From positions 52,698 to 116,697 of the forward strand of contig CAVVHU010000001.1 in NCBI GenBank assembly GCA_963748195.1: a DNA stretch of 64,000 nt, written 5' to 3'. This DNA is from an uncultured Chlamydiales bacterium (GTDB taxonomy: Bacteria; Chlamydiota; Chlamydiia; Chlamydiales; JAAKFR01). Below, piece by piece: positions 33,636 to 48,798 of the stretch; position 1 is the stretch's first letter; each line of letters opens with the position of its first letter. The notes under the pieces were generated by a model. That model did no database searches and was not told the DNA's origin. It saw nothing but the letters and a program-made list of their open reading frames with translations. The translations under genes were made by a program, and so were the position numbers.

Positions 33636-34393
33636 TTGAGGTAAAAGATCTGTGGAAGAGTTTCAATGGAAATAATGTTATTAAAGGACTAAACCTTAAC
33701 GTCCATGAAGGGGAAACTCTCGTGATTCTGGGTCGTTCAGGTTGTGGGAAAAGTGTATTGCTAAGACATCTCATAGGCCTAGAGCATCCCGATAGCGGTG
33801 ATGTGATTGTCGATGGGAAATGCATCACTGAATTGAGAGAGCACGCACTCTATCAAGCCGTTTTGGAAATGGGGATGCTTTTTCAAGCCTCAGCCCTCTT
33901 TGATTCGATGACCATCGGTGATAATACAGCTTTTCACCTGCGGCATCACAGGAGGCAGAGCAAACGGTTTACAGAAAAAGATATTAAGGAACGGGTCGCA
34001 GAAGCCCTAGCAATGGTGGGTCTTGAGGGAAAGGAGAATGCGATGCCTTCCGACCTATCCGGCGGGATGCGCAAAAGAGCGGCCTTGGCCAGATTGATCG
34101 TCTACCGCCCAAAGATCTTGCTATATGATGAGCCCACAACCGGACTCGACCCGATTACGGCTATGCAGATCAATGATTTAATCTTAAAAACGCAGAAAGA
34201 GCTTAAAGCGACAAGTATTGTTGTCACCCACGACATTTGTTCTGCATTTCATGTTGCAGATAGGATTGCCTTGAATCATGATGGGAAAATCCTCTATATC
34301 ACAACAAAGAAGGAATTTATTAAGATAGACGATCCTATTGTACAAACATTTTTGAAAAATTCCATACCTGATGGGGATCTATTGAATGAGTGA
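33632..34393 (+). CDS. mlaF: Mla-type ABC transporter ATPase
   Basis: Walker A GRSGCGKS, LSGGMRKR, Walker B LLYDEP. Confidence 0.85.
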   Translation: MIEVKDLWKSFNGNNVIKGLNLNVHEGETLVILGRSGCGKSVLLRHLIGLEHPDSGDVIVDGKCITELREHALYQAVLEMGMLFQASALFDSMTIGDNTAFHLRHHRRQSKRFTEKDIKERVAEALAMVGLEGKENAMPSDLSGGMRKRAALARLIVYRPKILLYDEPTTGLDPITAMQINDLILKTQKELKATSIVVTHDICSAFHVADRIALNHDGKILYITTKKEFIKIDDPIVQTFLKNSIPDGDLLNE

Positions 34394-35567
34394 TCGGATC
34401 AAAGCTTTTTGGTTAGGTATTTTTATTCTGTTGGCTATTGGCATCACAGCGTGGTTGATCTTGTTTCTTAAACCCTCAGTGGGCGATGGAAAACTCACCT
34501 TAAAAGTACGTTTTTCCAATATCGATAAAGTTGAAAATGGAACGCGCGTCACGTTTGCTGGAAAACCAGTTGGAGAGGTAAGCAAGATTATGGAAATTGC
34601 CGATCCGCGTCAGGCTCCCTCTGATGAGTTTGGGAATTTGTACATCTATGAGCTCACCTTGAAAGTCGATTCAAGTGTCCAGGTCTACTCATACGATGAA
34701 ATTATCTTCACTACCTCCGGCCTATTAGGAGAAAAGTCGATCGCAATCATACCTAAATCAGCACCTCCCGGAGCGCCTCCCCCTCAAAATGTAACCCATG
34801 AAGCGCTTTTTGCCCGTTCAACAGACAAACTGACAGAGACACTTACACAAGTGACACAAGTAGCCGAAAAAATTGGAAATACAATGGAAGGAGTGAATGA
34901 ATTTCTCTCTACAAATTCCTATGAATTCCATAAAACGCTCAAATCGCTCTCAGGAGCCGCGGATGAAGTACAGATCTTTGTATCCGATGCCACGCAACGC
35001 GACTTCACAAACCGTGCCGCCAATGCCGCTGATGCTTTAGCATCTACAATGAAAAGTGCCGATCTTTTGATTAAAGACATCAAAGAGAAGCAGCTAGTCG
35101 ATCGGATGGGGCGCAGCTTAGATAACATTTACACGATTACAAATCGAGTGAACAGCGGAGAGGGAACACTAGGTAAGCTGATCCATAGCGATTCCTTTTA
35201 CCTTCAAATCACAGGGATGATTAACAAAGTCGACACCTTGTTGAACGATATCAATAATTACGGTCTGTTATTCCAATACGATAAGGGATGGCAACGCTCT
35301 CGGACCGCTCGCATGAACAAAATGCGGCAACTGTGCACACCGTGTGACTTCTACCTTTATCTAGATAAGGAAATGAGTGATATTTCTGTTTCGATGAATC
35401 GAGTGGGACAAGCCCTGCAAACGATCGAGTGCAGGGAAATCCCGGTTAACAGCGAGTGCTTTGCGGAGAGTTTCTTAGAGTTAATGGCACGGGTTGAGTC
35501 CCTACAAAACTCATTAAAAATCTATACAGAAATGCTCCTTGGAGACTATTGTCACAAGTGTAACTAA
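34386..35567 (+). CDS. mlaD: MCE-domain protein (MlaD-like) with long C-terminal coiled-coil
   Basis: N-terminal TM plus an MCE domain (...[25 protein letters not shown]...). Confidence 0.75.
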   Translation: MSDRIKAFWLGIFILLAIGITAWLILFLKPSVGDGKLTLKVRFSNIDKVENGTRVTFAGKPVGEVSKIMEIADPRQAPSDEFGNLYIYELTLKVDSSVQVYSYDEIIFTTSGLLGEKSIAIIPKSAPPGAPPPQNVTHEALFARSTDKLTETLTQVTQVAEKIGNTMEGVNEFLSTNSYEFHKTLKSLSGAADEVQIFVSDATQRDFTNRAANAADALASTMKSADLLIKDIKEKQLVDRMGRSLDNIYTITNRVNSGEGTLGKLIHSDSFYLQITGMINKVDTLLNDINNYGLLFQYDKGWQRSRTARMNKMRQLCTPCDFYLYLDKEMSDISVSMNRVGQALQTIECREIPVNSECFAESFLELMARVESLQNSLKIYTEMLLGDYCHKCN

Positions 35568-35578
35568 AGAGGCGTTTA

Positions 35579-36147
35579 TGGACTCCATACCTTATTCACA
35601 TCTAGAGAAAGGAACCTTTTTGATCGCAACACCGGATGCAGAGAGCGGAATATTTTTCCGCAGCGTCCTTTTACTTTGTGAGCACAGTCCGACTGGATCT
35701 TTTGGCCTTGTGATTAACAAGAACTTAGAGTTAGAGCTCCCGGAAGAAATCCTCACATTAGAGCAATTAAACAACCCTAATGTAGGAATTCGCGCGGGCG
35801 GCCCTATCCAGACAAATCAGATGATGCTTGTCCATTCTTCGGACAAGATCCCAGAGCAAACAATTGAGATCTGCCCTGGAGTATACCTTGGGGGTGACCT
35901 ACAATTTTTGCAGGAGGCGATCATCGAGCAGTCAGGCCCTTCGTTAAGGCTCTGTTTTGGATATGTAGGGTGGCAGTCAGGTCAATTGGAAAGAGAATTT
36001 CTCGATGGCGGATGGTATATCTGCCCGGCAACAGCCGAGCACATCTTCGAGACTCCGCCTGAAAAATTATGGCAGGAACTGCTTAGGGAGATGGGCGGCA
36101 AATACGCTACCCTATCGATGATCCCTGAAGATCTTTCACTAAATTAG
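35579..36147 (+). CDS. YqgE/AlgH family protein (UPF0301)
   Basis: ...[37 protein letters not shown]... motif. Start at the internal Met at 35579. Confidence 0.7.
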
Positions 36148-37049
36148 CCCGGGTTAGTTGACCAATGGAAGTCCTCAAGCGTCTTCGGAGAGACCGTTGC
36201 TGGCGGATAGCTCGGAAGGCCGTACACTTTGATTCCCTTCTCTGTCACAGCAACTTTTCTCAATGAGGCGTGAATACCAAACTTACTGCCTTGAATACAG
36301 TTATCATCAAACTCAATGCTCTTATTTGCTGGATCCATCCTGCCGGTAACCTCTTTTGCAACGCGCACATCAGCATCTCGGACCAATAGACTCCAAGACC
36401 GTTCTTTATGCCCCGCCTTTCCTACTTGATCGCTGTCATAAACAAGTCTGAATCTGCCATCAAGTTGTTTTTCATAAAGGACTGCATTTTCAGGGACATG
36501 CTTCAAAAGCGCTTTCAAGCTAGGATCGATTTCAATCATTTCTTTTTCAAAATCATGAAATGGTGTTGTTGTCTTCTGAGTCTCCACCAAAGACTCATAG
36601 GCAGGTTTTACAAGAGGAAACTGCACAAAGTTGGGAGGATTAGAATTCCAGTCCTCGAACACCTCTCTTGCGCGTTGCCAGGGACCATTTTTAGGAGCAA
36701 CACCCCGTGTCGACCAGTTTTCTATAGCGTCTCTTGCGATCTCTAATCCCCTACGGACCCCTTTAATAGCTGTGGGCATATCCACCGAGGCCCTTGTTGT
36801 CGTTTGAGGCCATCTATCGGGCCTAATCCGATTCCAAGCTTGATCAGCTGTTCTCTCGGGAGGAACCCCATGAGTCGTCCAATTTTCATATGCAGCCCCG
36901 CAAGCCCTGACGATTTCGGCAGCCCTTTGCAGCCTCTCTTTCATCGACTCTACATGAGGAGGCGTAGCAGCAGCGGCTACCGCCCTCTCTGAAGAGCTTC
37001 TATTCATGATTCCTACTGCTACAGCTGGAACAATTATTCTTGCCGACAT
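36144..37049 (-). CDS. hypothetical protein with internal ~40-aa repeats (ENW[ST]T[HR]GV...), GC-rich
   Basis: 301-aa ORF. Repeats ...[24 protein letters not shown]... and ...[21 protein letters not shown]... GC content is visibly higher than in surrounding genes. Confidence 0.45.
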   Translation of the reverse strand: MSARIIVPAVAVGIMNRSSSERAVAAAATPPHVESMKERLQRAAEIVRACGAAYENWTTHGVPPERTADQAWNRIRPDRWPQTTTRASVDMPTAIKGVRRGLEIARDAIENWSTRGVAPKNGPWQRAREVFEDWNSNPPNFVQFPLVKPAYESLVETQKTTTPFHDFEKEMIEIDPSLKALLKHVPENAVLYEKQLDGRFRLVYDSDQVGKAGHKERSWSLLVRDADVRVAKEVTGRMDPANKSIEFDDNCIQGSKFGIHASLRKVAVTEKGIKVYGLPSYPPATVSPKTLEDFHWSTNPG

Positions 37050-37486
37050 ATTATTACCTATAATTTCTTAATTACCACTTAATTATACCAAATAATTATT
37101 TAACAATTATAAAGAAGGTATAAAAACTGATTATATTATTGTTTTATAAAGAAGAATGATAAGCATCATCGAGATCAAGATGGAGATTGAGATGGATGGG
37201 AAATCTTCGCCAATTATTTAAGGCATGAGCACGAAGTCCTATTTTTTTCTGCACTCTACTTTGCTCCGTAAAGCAAAATACTCTGGCTTCTGTAAAACGA
37301 ACTGTCTTAAGAATAGATCGCAAGATCTATCCTCTTTCTTAAGACTTATATGAGGATACTGACAACAATCTCTTCAAGACAACCAAAAAAAACGGCGGCT
37401 GGCTTAAGGGCAACCGCACTTGCCAAGTTTCCAAGAAACAAGTACCAGAGCCAAGCGCCAATGTTCCAAGCGCCAAGCACCAAAAT

Positions 37487-38326
37487 TTAAAGGACTTCCG
37501 AAGCCGCCCCGGCGCCGAAGTTGTCGTCGTCCCAGCAGTCGTAGATGGAGTTGCTGACCTTCAAGCCCGCCGCGGAAAGGCCCCCGACGATTATTTGAAT
37601 CCCCCTAACATTCTCCTCACAGTGCGTATATGTCCATGGTGAATCGTTGTAAAGCCTCACTCCTGTTGCGATAAAGGTTGTTGTGCAAAGTGCTGCTGCC
37701 TCTAGAGTGTGCGGCAAATGACACCCTAAATCTTTTACCAACACCTTCTCATCAGCAGCTGATTTACTGCGCGTCTCATTGAGCACATTATTGGTGATCA
37801 CGATGCGCTTAGTGCTGCTTAGGGCATCGTCTCCATGTGCCTCCGTGAAGCTGTCCCATATAAAGCTAAACTTCATACCTTCCCTTAAGCGGGGAGCATT
37901 TGCAAGCTCAACAAGCGTATTAAATGTCAGGCCCCGAGGCAAGGTGAGCAATGTGACGCCTGCATCTCCTTCGATCGACAGGGAGAGATGCCTATGAATC
38001 GTTGGGAGCGCTGTCACAGGGTTAAAGGGGGGGAGATCGTCAAAACTGACTCCCTCGGGAAGAACAAAATGCTCTCGCCAATCGGCATCATCAAAAAATG
38101 TTAACCCCTCTATACGACGCAGCACAGCCATCACAACTTCAGGTTCCCTAGCCAGCACACGCCATGATCTACACACCCCTGCGCAACGCGCAATGTCTCT
38201 AGCACTCTCAAGTTTTTGAAGAATCTCCTTAACAATATCTTTTGGAATATCTATTCCTGCTAGCGCAACCTTCGATGTTGTTGAGAGTTCTTGAGAGAAT
38301 TCCTGCGAACAAATATCCTGAATCAT
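37487..38326 (-). CDS. F-box domain protein (eukaryote-like, candidate secreted effector)
   Basis: N-terminal F-box IPKDIVKEILQKLESARDIARCAGVCRSWRVL. GC-rich, with an AT-rich 5' flank. Confidence 0.65.
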   Translation of the reverse strand: MIQDICSQEFSQELSTTSKVALAGIDIPKDIVKEILQKLESARDIARCAGVCRSWRVLAREPEVVMAVLRRIEGLTFFDDADWREHFVLPEGVSFDDLPPFNPVTALPTIHRHLSLSIEGDAGVTLLTLPRGLTFNTLVELANAPRLREGMKFSFIWDSFTEAHGDDALSSTKRIVITNNVLNETRSKSAADEKVLVKDLGCHLPHTLEAAALCTTTFIATGVRLYNDSPWTYTHCEENVRGIQIIVGGLSAAGLKVSNSIYDCWDDDNFGAGAASEVL

Positions 38327-38399
38327 AATGACCTTAATTTCAACTTCTTAAAAGAATTAGACGCCTTTGTCTAACCATTGAGAGAACTCTCCCAGTGTT

Positions 38400-38520
38400 T
38401 TACATAATCATGGAGGAGCTCTTTCCGTCGTTGTCCCAGTTGTTGTTGTTGACGTTCAAGCCCGCCGCAGAAAAACCTCCCACTTCCCATCCCCCCAAGA
38501 GCTCTTTCCGAGGTGTCGTT
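38400..38520 (-). pseudogene. remnant copy of the 3' end of the F-box gene (~40 codons)
   Basis: A frame inside spurious ORF 38371..38811 reads ...GGFSAAGLNVNNNNWDNDGK..., matching the F-box protein C-terminus ...GGLSAAGLKVSNSIYDCWDDDNFG... DNA motif ttcaagcccgccgc(g/a)gaaa at 37563 and 38455. Confidence 0.45.
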
Positions 38521-38647
38521 CACTTCATCTGGGCAAAAAGATCCCGGAGATAAACAGAAAACCCACCCCTTTGTCATCCCCCAAAAAAAAGCCCTTTTGG
38601 CTGGGCCAAAAGGGCGGGATACTCCAAGGTAAAGAGGAGGGGGAGTC

Positions 38648-39043
38648 TTAACGCTTGGAGAATTGGAAACTCTTACGGGCTTTCTTACGTCCGTATTTCT
38701 TGCGCTCTTTCTTACGAGGATCTCTTGTGAGATAACCTTCCGCTTTGAAATCGTGTCTGCGTCCTTCGCTTTGTTCAACAAGAGCTCGGGTAATCCCAAG
38801 ACGGGTTGCAATCACTTGTCCTTCAATTCCACCACCGTTGACACGAATGATGATATCGAAATCCTTTTCTGCTTCGATCATCGCTAAAGGCGCTAGGATC
38901 GTATTGCGCTGGATTTCTAAAGGAAAGTAGTTTTTAAACTCCCGGCCGTTTACATCAATTTTGCCGCTCCCGGGACGGAGTCTGACGCTGGAAACAGCGC
39001 GCTTGCGGCGGCCTGTTGCAACATGTTCTTCAAGTTTTGCCAT
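38648..39043 (-). CDS. rpsI: 30S ribosomal protein S9
   Basis: 131 aa ending ...RKSFQFSKR. Confidence 0.9.
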   Translation of the reverse strand: MAKLEEHVATGRRKRAVSSVRLRPGSGKIDVNGREFKNYFPLEIQRNTILAPLAMIEAEKDFDIIIRVNGGGIEGQVIATRLGITRALVEQSEGRRHDFKAEGYLTRDPRKKERKKYGRKKARKSFQFSKR

Positions 39044-39053
39044 GAATAACCTT

Positions 39054-39500
39054 TTAAATTTCTACTTTTTTTGGTCTTTGCGCTTCGTATGGATGCTCTT
39101 CTCCAGCAAAAACACGGAGCTTTCTTAGTTGCTGTTTGCCAAGGCGAGATTTAGGCATCATTCCCTTCACCGCATGCTCGATAATATAGGCAGGCTTTCG
39201 CTCTTGCATGTTGCGAAAAGGGATTTCGCGCAATCCACCAATATGGCCTGTATAGTAACGATAAATCTTTTGTGCATCTTTTGCGCCGGTAACAGCGATC
39301 TTGTCTGCATTGATGACAATTACCCCATCACCCATGTCGATATTAGGTGTGAAAGAAGGCTTATGCTTTCCACGAAGGATTTTGGCTACTTCAGCACAAA
39401 AACGCCCTAGAGTTTTACCAGATGCATCGAGCACATACCAATCGCGCTTGACATCCTCTTTACGGGTCATTGTCGTTGTATTTTCTTTCTTGCGTTGCAT
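39054..39500 (-). CDS. rplM: 50S ribosomal protein L13
   Basis: 148 aa; ...[32 protein letters not shown]... Confidence 0.9.
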   Translation of the reverse strand: MQRKKENTTTMTRKEDVKRDWYVLDASGKTLGRFCAEVAKILRGKHKPSFTPNIDMGDGVIVINADKIAVTGAKDAQKIYRYYTGHIGGLREIPFRNMQERKPAYIIEHAVKGMMPKSRLGKQQLRKLRVFAGEEHPYEAQRPKKVEI

Positions 39501-39566
39501 AACAGTTCCTATAGTTTTAAGTGGAACATCATATGATTAAGGAGTTTTTTTGCCAACAAAAAGTGT

Positions 39567-39983
39567 TCACTGAATAGCTTTTTGTTTCAAAATATAGATC
39601 GCGACAAGCACGACTATCAAAAAAATCCCTGTAATTCCATGCAAAATTTGATAAAAAACCTTTGAAAGTCTCTTCCCTCGAACAATGATGCTGCCACAAA
39701 TGATGTCGCATATGATCAGAAGAAAGGCAAACGTGAGTTTCAAATGGAGCCAGGGTGCTTTCCAATTTGTATCTTTTAAAAATAAAAGCAACAAACCGAA
39801 AAGGACAGCCAGAATCATCGAAGGCAAGTCAATAAAGAAATAAATTCTTTTGTTAATCCTGTTCATCGCCTGAAAGACCGCATCCGACTCTTTCACTTGG
39901 TAGCCGAGCATGCGGGTGAGCATTAAGAGCGCTCCCATCCAGAGGAAGACGAACAAGACATGTATTAGTTTTAAAGCAGCCAT
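39567..39983 (-). CDS. hemJ: HemJ-like (UPF0093/CopD-like) membrane protein, putative protoporphyrinogen oxidase
   Basis: 138-aa, 4-TM protein with N-terminal KLIHVLFVFLWMGALL resembling the HemJ KALH(I/V) block. Confidence 0.4.
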   Translation of the reverse strand: MAALKLIHVLFVFLWMGALLMLTRMLGYQVKESDAVFQAMNRINKRIYFFIDLPSMILAVLFGLLLLFLKDTNWKAPWLHLKLTFAFLLIICDIICGSIIVRGKRLSKVFYQILHGITGIFLIVVLVAIYILKQKAIQ

Positions 39984-40025
39984 CTTATTGAAAATTTAAA
40001 GAGTTTATGGCACTATACTCCCCAT

Positions 40026-41344
40026 ATGAAAAAAGAACCAAATACTTTTTACATGCGCACCTATGGGTGCCAGATGAATGAACTCGACACAGAAGTGATG
40101 GCGGGGATCCTCGCAAGACGGGGTATGACCCAGACCGATGATGAAGATCAAGCCGATCTTCTTATCTTTAATACTTGTTCGATCCGCGATTTGGCTGAGA
40201 GAAAAGTGATGGGAAAGCTAGGCAAGCTGGGAAGACGCAAAAAGCGCGACAGGATTATCGGTATCACCGGCTGTATGGCAAATGCAAAAAAAGAGAGCCT
40301 ATTCCAAAAGCTCCCTCACATCGACTTTGTGCTTGGAACAAATAATATCCACGATTTGGACGGTGTATTGGATGAAGTTCTCAATAGCGGGCTGCAAACT
40401 GTGCGCACAGATGAAGAGTTTTATCAAGAGCTCGACTATACAGCCGCAAAAAGGATGGATAAACATAAAGCTTATGTCTCGATTATCCGCGGCTGCGATA
40501 AATACTGTACATACTGTGTTGTCCCCTACACACGCGGACCTGAGGTCTCACGCCATCCTGACAGCATAATAGAAGAGTGCCGGCAACTCGTCGACCAAGG
40601 CTTTAAAGAGATCACCCTGCTTGGGCAAAATGTCAACAGCTTTGGAAAAGACCAGCCGGAATGGAATACTCTTTTCCACGACTTGCTCTATCGATTAGAT
40701 AAGATCGAAGGGGTCGACCGTGTCCGCTTTTTAACGAGTCATCCTGTTGATATCACGCGCGAGCTGATGGAGGCGATCCGCGATCTTCCAAGCCTTTGCG
40801 AACATGTGCATTTTCCCCTACAAGCAGGATCAAGCCGCATTTTGCGCAAAATGCACCGCATCTACACAAAAGAAGAGTACATGGAGAAAGTGGCGCTTTT
40901 GCGCTCGCTTGTCCCAAATGTCGCGCTTGGAACGGATATGATTGTCGGCTTCCCAACTGAGACGGAAGAGGAGTTTGAAGAGACGATGGAAGCGATGCGT
41001 CAAGTACGCTATAGCAATGCTTTTCTATACACCTACAGTCCGCGTAAAGGGACCCCGGCAAAGCGATGGGCTGATGATGTTCCTGAAGAGGTAAAAAACG
41101 AGCGACATAAACGACTGCTTGATCTGCACAACTCTATCGCCTCAGAACTCATGAGCGAAAAACTCGGGGAAGAGGTTGAGGTACTTGTCGAAAGGCGCAA
41201 TAAAGATCAACGTTACTTAAAAGGACTCACCCGCTGCTGGCGGAATGTGATTTTTGAAGGAGACGATTCGCTAATCGGCTCGCTACAGAAGGTAAAGCTA
41301 CACAGCTTTACCCATAATACGTTTATTGGAACGGTGGTGACAGA

Positions 41345-41348
<4 letters not shown>
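40026..41348 (+). CDS. miaB: tRNA-i6A37 methylthiotransferase (radical SAM MTTase)
   Basis: N-terminal YGCQMNE MTTase domain, radical-SAM CDKYCTYC and a C-terminal TRAM. Confidence 0.8.
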
Positions 41349-46806
<5,458 letters not shown>

Positions 46807-46807
46807 G

Positions 46808-47689
46808 CTAACCTCTGCATTGGTTTAAATATTCTTGGGCAGCTGATAGTGCCCGGCTAAATTCATACTGCGAGCGCGCCAAATCGATAATCTCCTGTCC
46901 GAGAGATGGATCTCCTAAAACCACCGCTTCCCTGACATAGAGATAGATATCACCTCGCGATATATGCACCTTGTGTTCGACCATCTTTTGCAGATAGCTG
47001 AGAACAAGGGCATCAGTTTTCTCATCCTTCGCAAGAAAAATCAAGAGTTTATATAATCCCGAATCATTTTTATTCCTTTCAAGAGCAGAAGTTAGTTGGC
47101 GCATCGCCTCTTCATGATAGGTATACCGCTCTTCAGGAGATATTGCGTGTTGAGCTAAACGCAAGTACAATATACCACGTGTTTTATATGCAAGAAATGT
47201 CTCTCCAAGGTAAGGAAATCCTTGATAAAAGCGATCAAAAAAAATGTCATAACGCCCTAAATTCGCATAAGCTGTCGCCATCAAAAAATTTAGATGCATC
47301 CACTCAGGATGCGCCTCCGCACTCTCTTCGTAGTTGTCTAACATTTGCTTTGCAACCCTTGCAGGATCATTGCCTGTCCCCTTCAAATAAACGCCAAGCG
47401 CTGCTTCATAGAGCATTTTCTCTTCAGCCGACATTTGAGGCTGCGGTTTATTTTCAACAGATTTTAGAGCGAGCAAAAAGTGTTGAAACGCTTTATCGAC
47501 TTCCTGATCGTGATAAAATGCATTGGCTAGTTGATAGTGGAGCTCGCTTTTACGGCTTTCAGATGAGATCTCGCTCAGCTCATTTTCGAATAGAGAGATC
47601 GCGCTTTTCAGTTCAGACTCGCTAGCAGATAGTGAGAGCGTCAATAAAAATATACTGAGCCCGGCTGTGTAAATTTTTGAACTCATCAT
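46808..47689 (-). CDS. secreted TPR-like helical repeat protein
   Basis: Signal peptide plus helical repeats. No catalytic motif. Confidence 0.5.
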   Translation of the reverse strand: MMSSKIYTAGLSIFLLTLSLSASESELKSAISLFENELSEISSESRKSELHYQLANAFYHDQEVDKAFQHFLLALKSVENKPQPQMSAEEKMLYEAALGVYLKGTGNDPARVAKQMLDNYEESAEAHPEWMHLNFLMATAYANLGRYDIFFDRFYQGFPYLGETFLAYKTRGILYLRLAQHAISPEERYTYHEEAMRQLTSALERNKNDSGLYKLLIFLAKDEKTDALVLSYLQKMVEHKVHISRGDIYLYVREAVVLGDPSLGQEIIDLARSQYEFSRALSAAQEYLNQCRG

Positions 47690-48143
47690 CTCAAAATACC
47701 ACTGAGGTAGTTTTCTTTTAACATGAAAATTATTGAATTCAAATCCTTATCACATTATGAATCTTGAGTAAAGAAGGAATTTTTGAAAAATTCAGGAGGA
47801 AAATGAGATGAGTTTTGTAAATGACGGAGTAAGATATCAAATTATAAGAGACAATCATGGACAGGTACACACTTTCCCTGCAACTCAACGAGATGTAGAG
47901 AAGGCGGTAGATAAAGTTAGCAATGTTGCAGAAAATTGTGAAATTAAGAATACCGGGAGTGCTCTTTGTTGCGTTTCTGCTGTCTCTTCCGGTTATTGAT
48001 TATTGGGTAGCATCTTCTTAATTTCCAACTCTCAATATGGAAAAAGCGCTGACCCGGTAATGATCCTTTCTGTAGTTATCAGTGGAATAGTTGCTTGTGG
48101 TATGTTTTTTGGGGCTCTTTGGCATAGTTCTTGATTTACACCT

Positions 48144-48180
48144 CGAGGGGGGCTGTGGCACAGCCCCTAATTTTTTTTCT
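48144..48180 (+). terminator. rho-independent terminator (GGGGGCTGTG/CACAGCCCC stem + T9)
   Basis: Perfect GC-rich hairpin followed by TTTTTTTTT. Confidence 0.5.
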
Positions 48181-48308
48181 TTATTCAATCTTTGCAATAT
48201 TTTTTGTCTCGACAAAACATAAAATCCAAAAAACTTAATATCATATTAACATTTTTTTACTAAAATAACTGTATGATTTTTTTTATTAATACACAAAAGG
48301 AATGCATT

Positions 48309-48707
48309 ATGGCTATTAAACCTGTACAAGGCACACAAGCGGACCCAGCTATAAATCAAAATTTAAAAACTCTCGATAAAAATCGTATGTTAATGATGTT
48401 AAATACGATTTTAGGAATCGCAACAACAGTTATGTATGGTTACATGGCGATGCATGATAGCCATTTAGTTCTACAAGCTCTAGACTTAGCAGGAATTGGA
48501 ATAGGTGGAACGGCGGCAGTTTTTTCTACTGTAAGAGCAGTGCAAACTTCGAAGTTTCGCAACGCACTCAAGAAAGAACATGGAATCATTCATGAGAGAG
48601 AGGAGATGCAGTACAGCCTCGGCGACATGAAAAGTGATCTTGAACGGACGATTAATTGCGTTCAAAAGAAATTCAATAGCATCAAATACATGCTTATGAC
48701 TCCTTGA
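48309..48707 (+). CDS. hypothetical membrane protein with bilobed hydrophobic domain (Inc-like candidate)
   Basis: ~45-aa two-lobed hydrophobic segment MLMMLNTILGIATTVMYGYMAMHDSHLVLQALDLAGIGIGGTAAVF near the N-terminus, coiled-coil-like C-terminus. Confidence 0.4.
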   Translation: MAIKPVQGTQADPAINQNLKTLDKNRMLMMLNTILGIATTVMYGYMAMHDSHLVLQALDLAGIGIGGTAAVFSTVRAVQTSKFRNALKKEHGIIHEREEMQYSLGDMKSDLERTINCVQKKFNSIKYMLMTP

Positions 48708-48798
48708 AAATAGCGCTTGTTAAGCTGCAGACCCCGTCCCTTTATCCAAGATTATCTCTTTGTCAATAATAATGGATCTGTTAACCTCGTAACTATTT

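Noticed and set aside
38371-38811. 146-aa minus-strand ORF
   Set aside because: Its 5' two-thirds overlap rpsI in another frame. Only the 38400-38520 stretch, in a different frame, carries real signal, the F-box 3' remnant.
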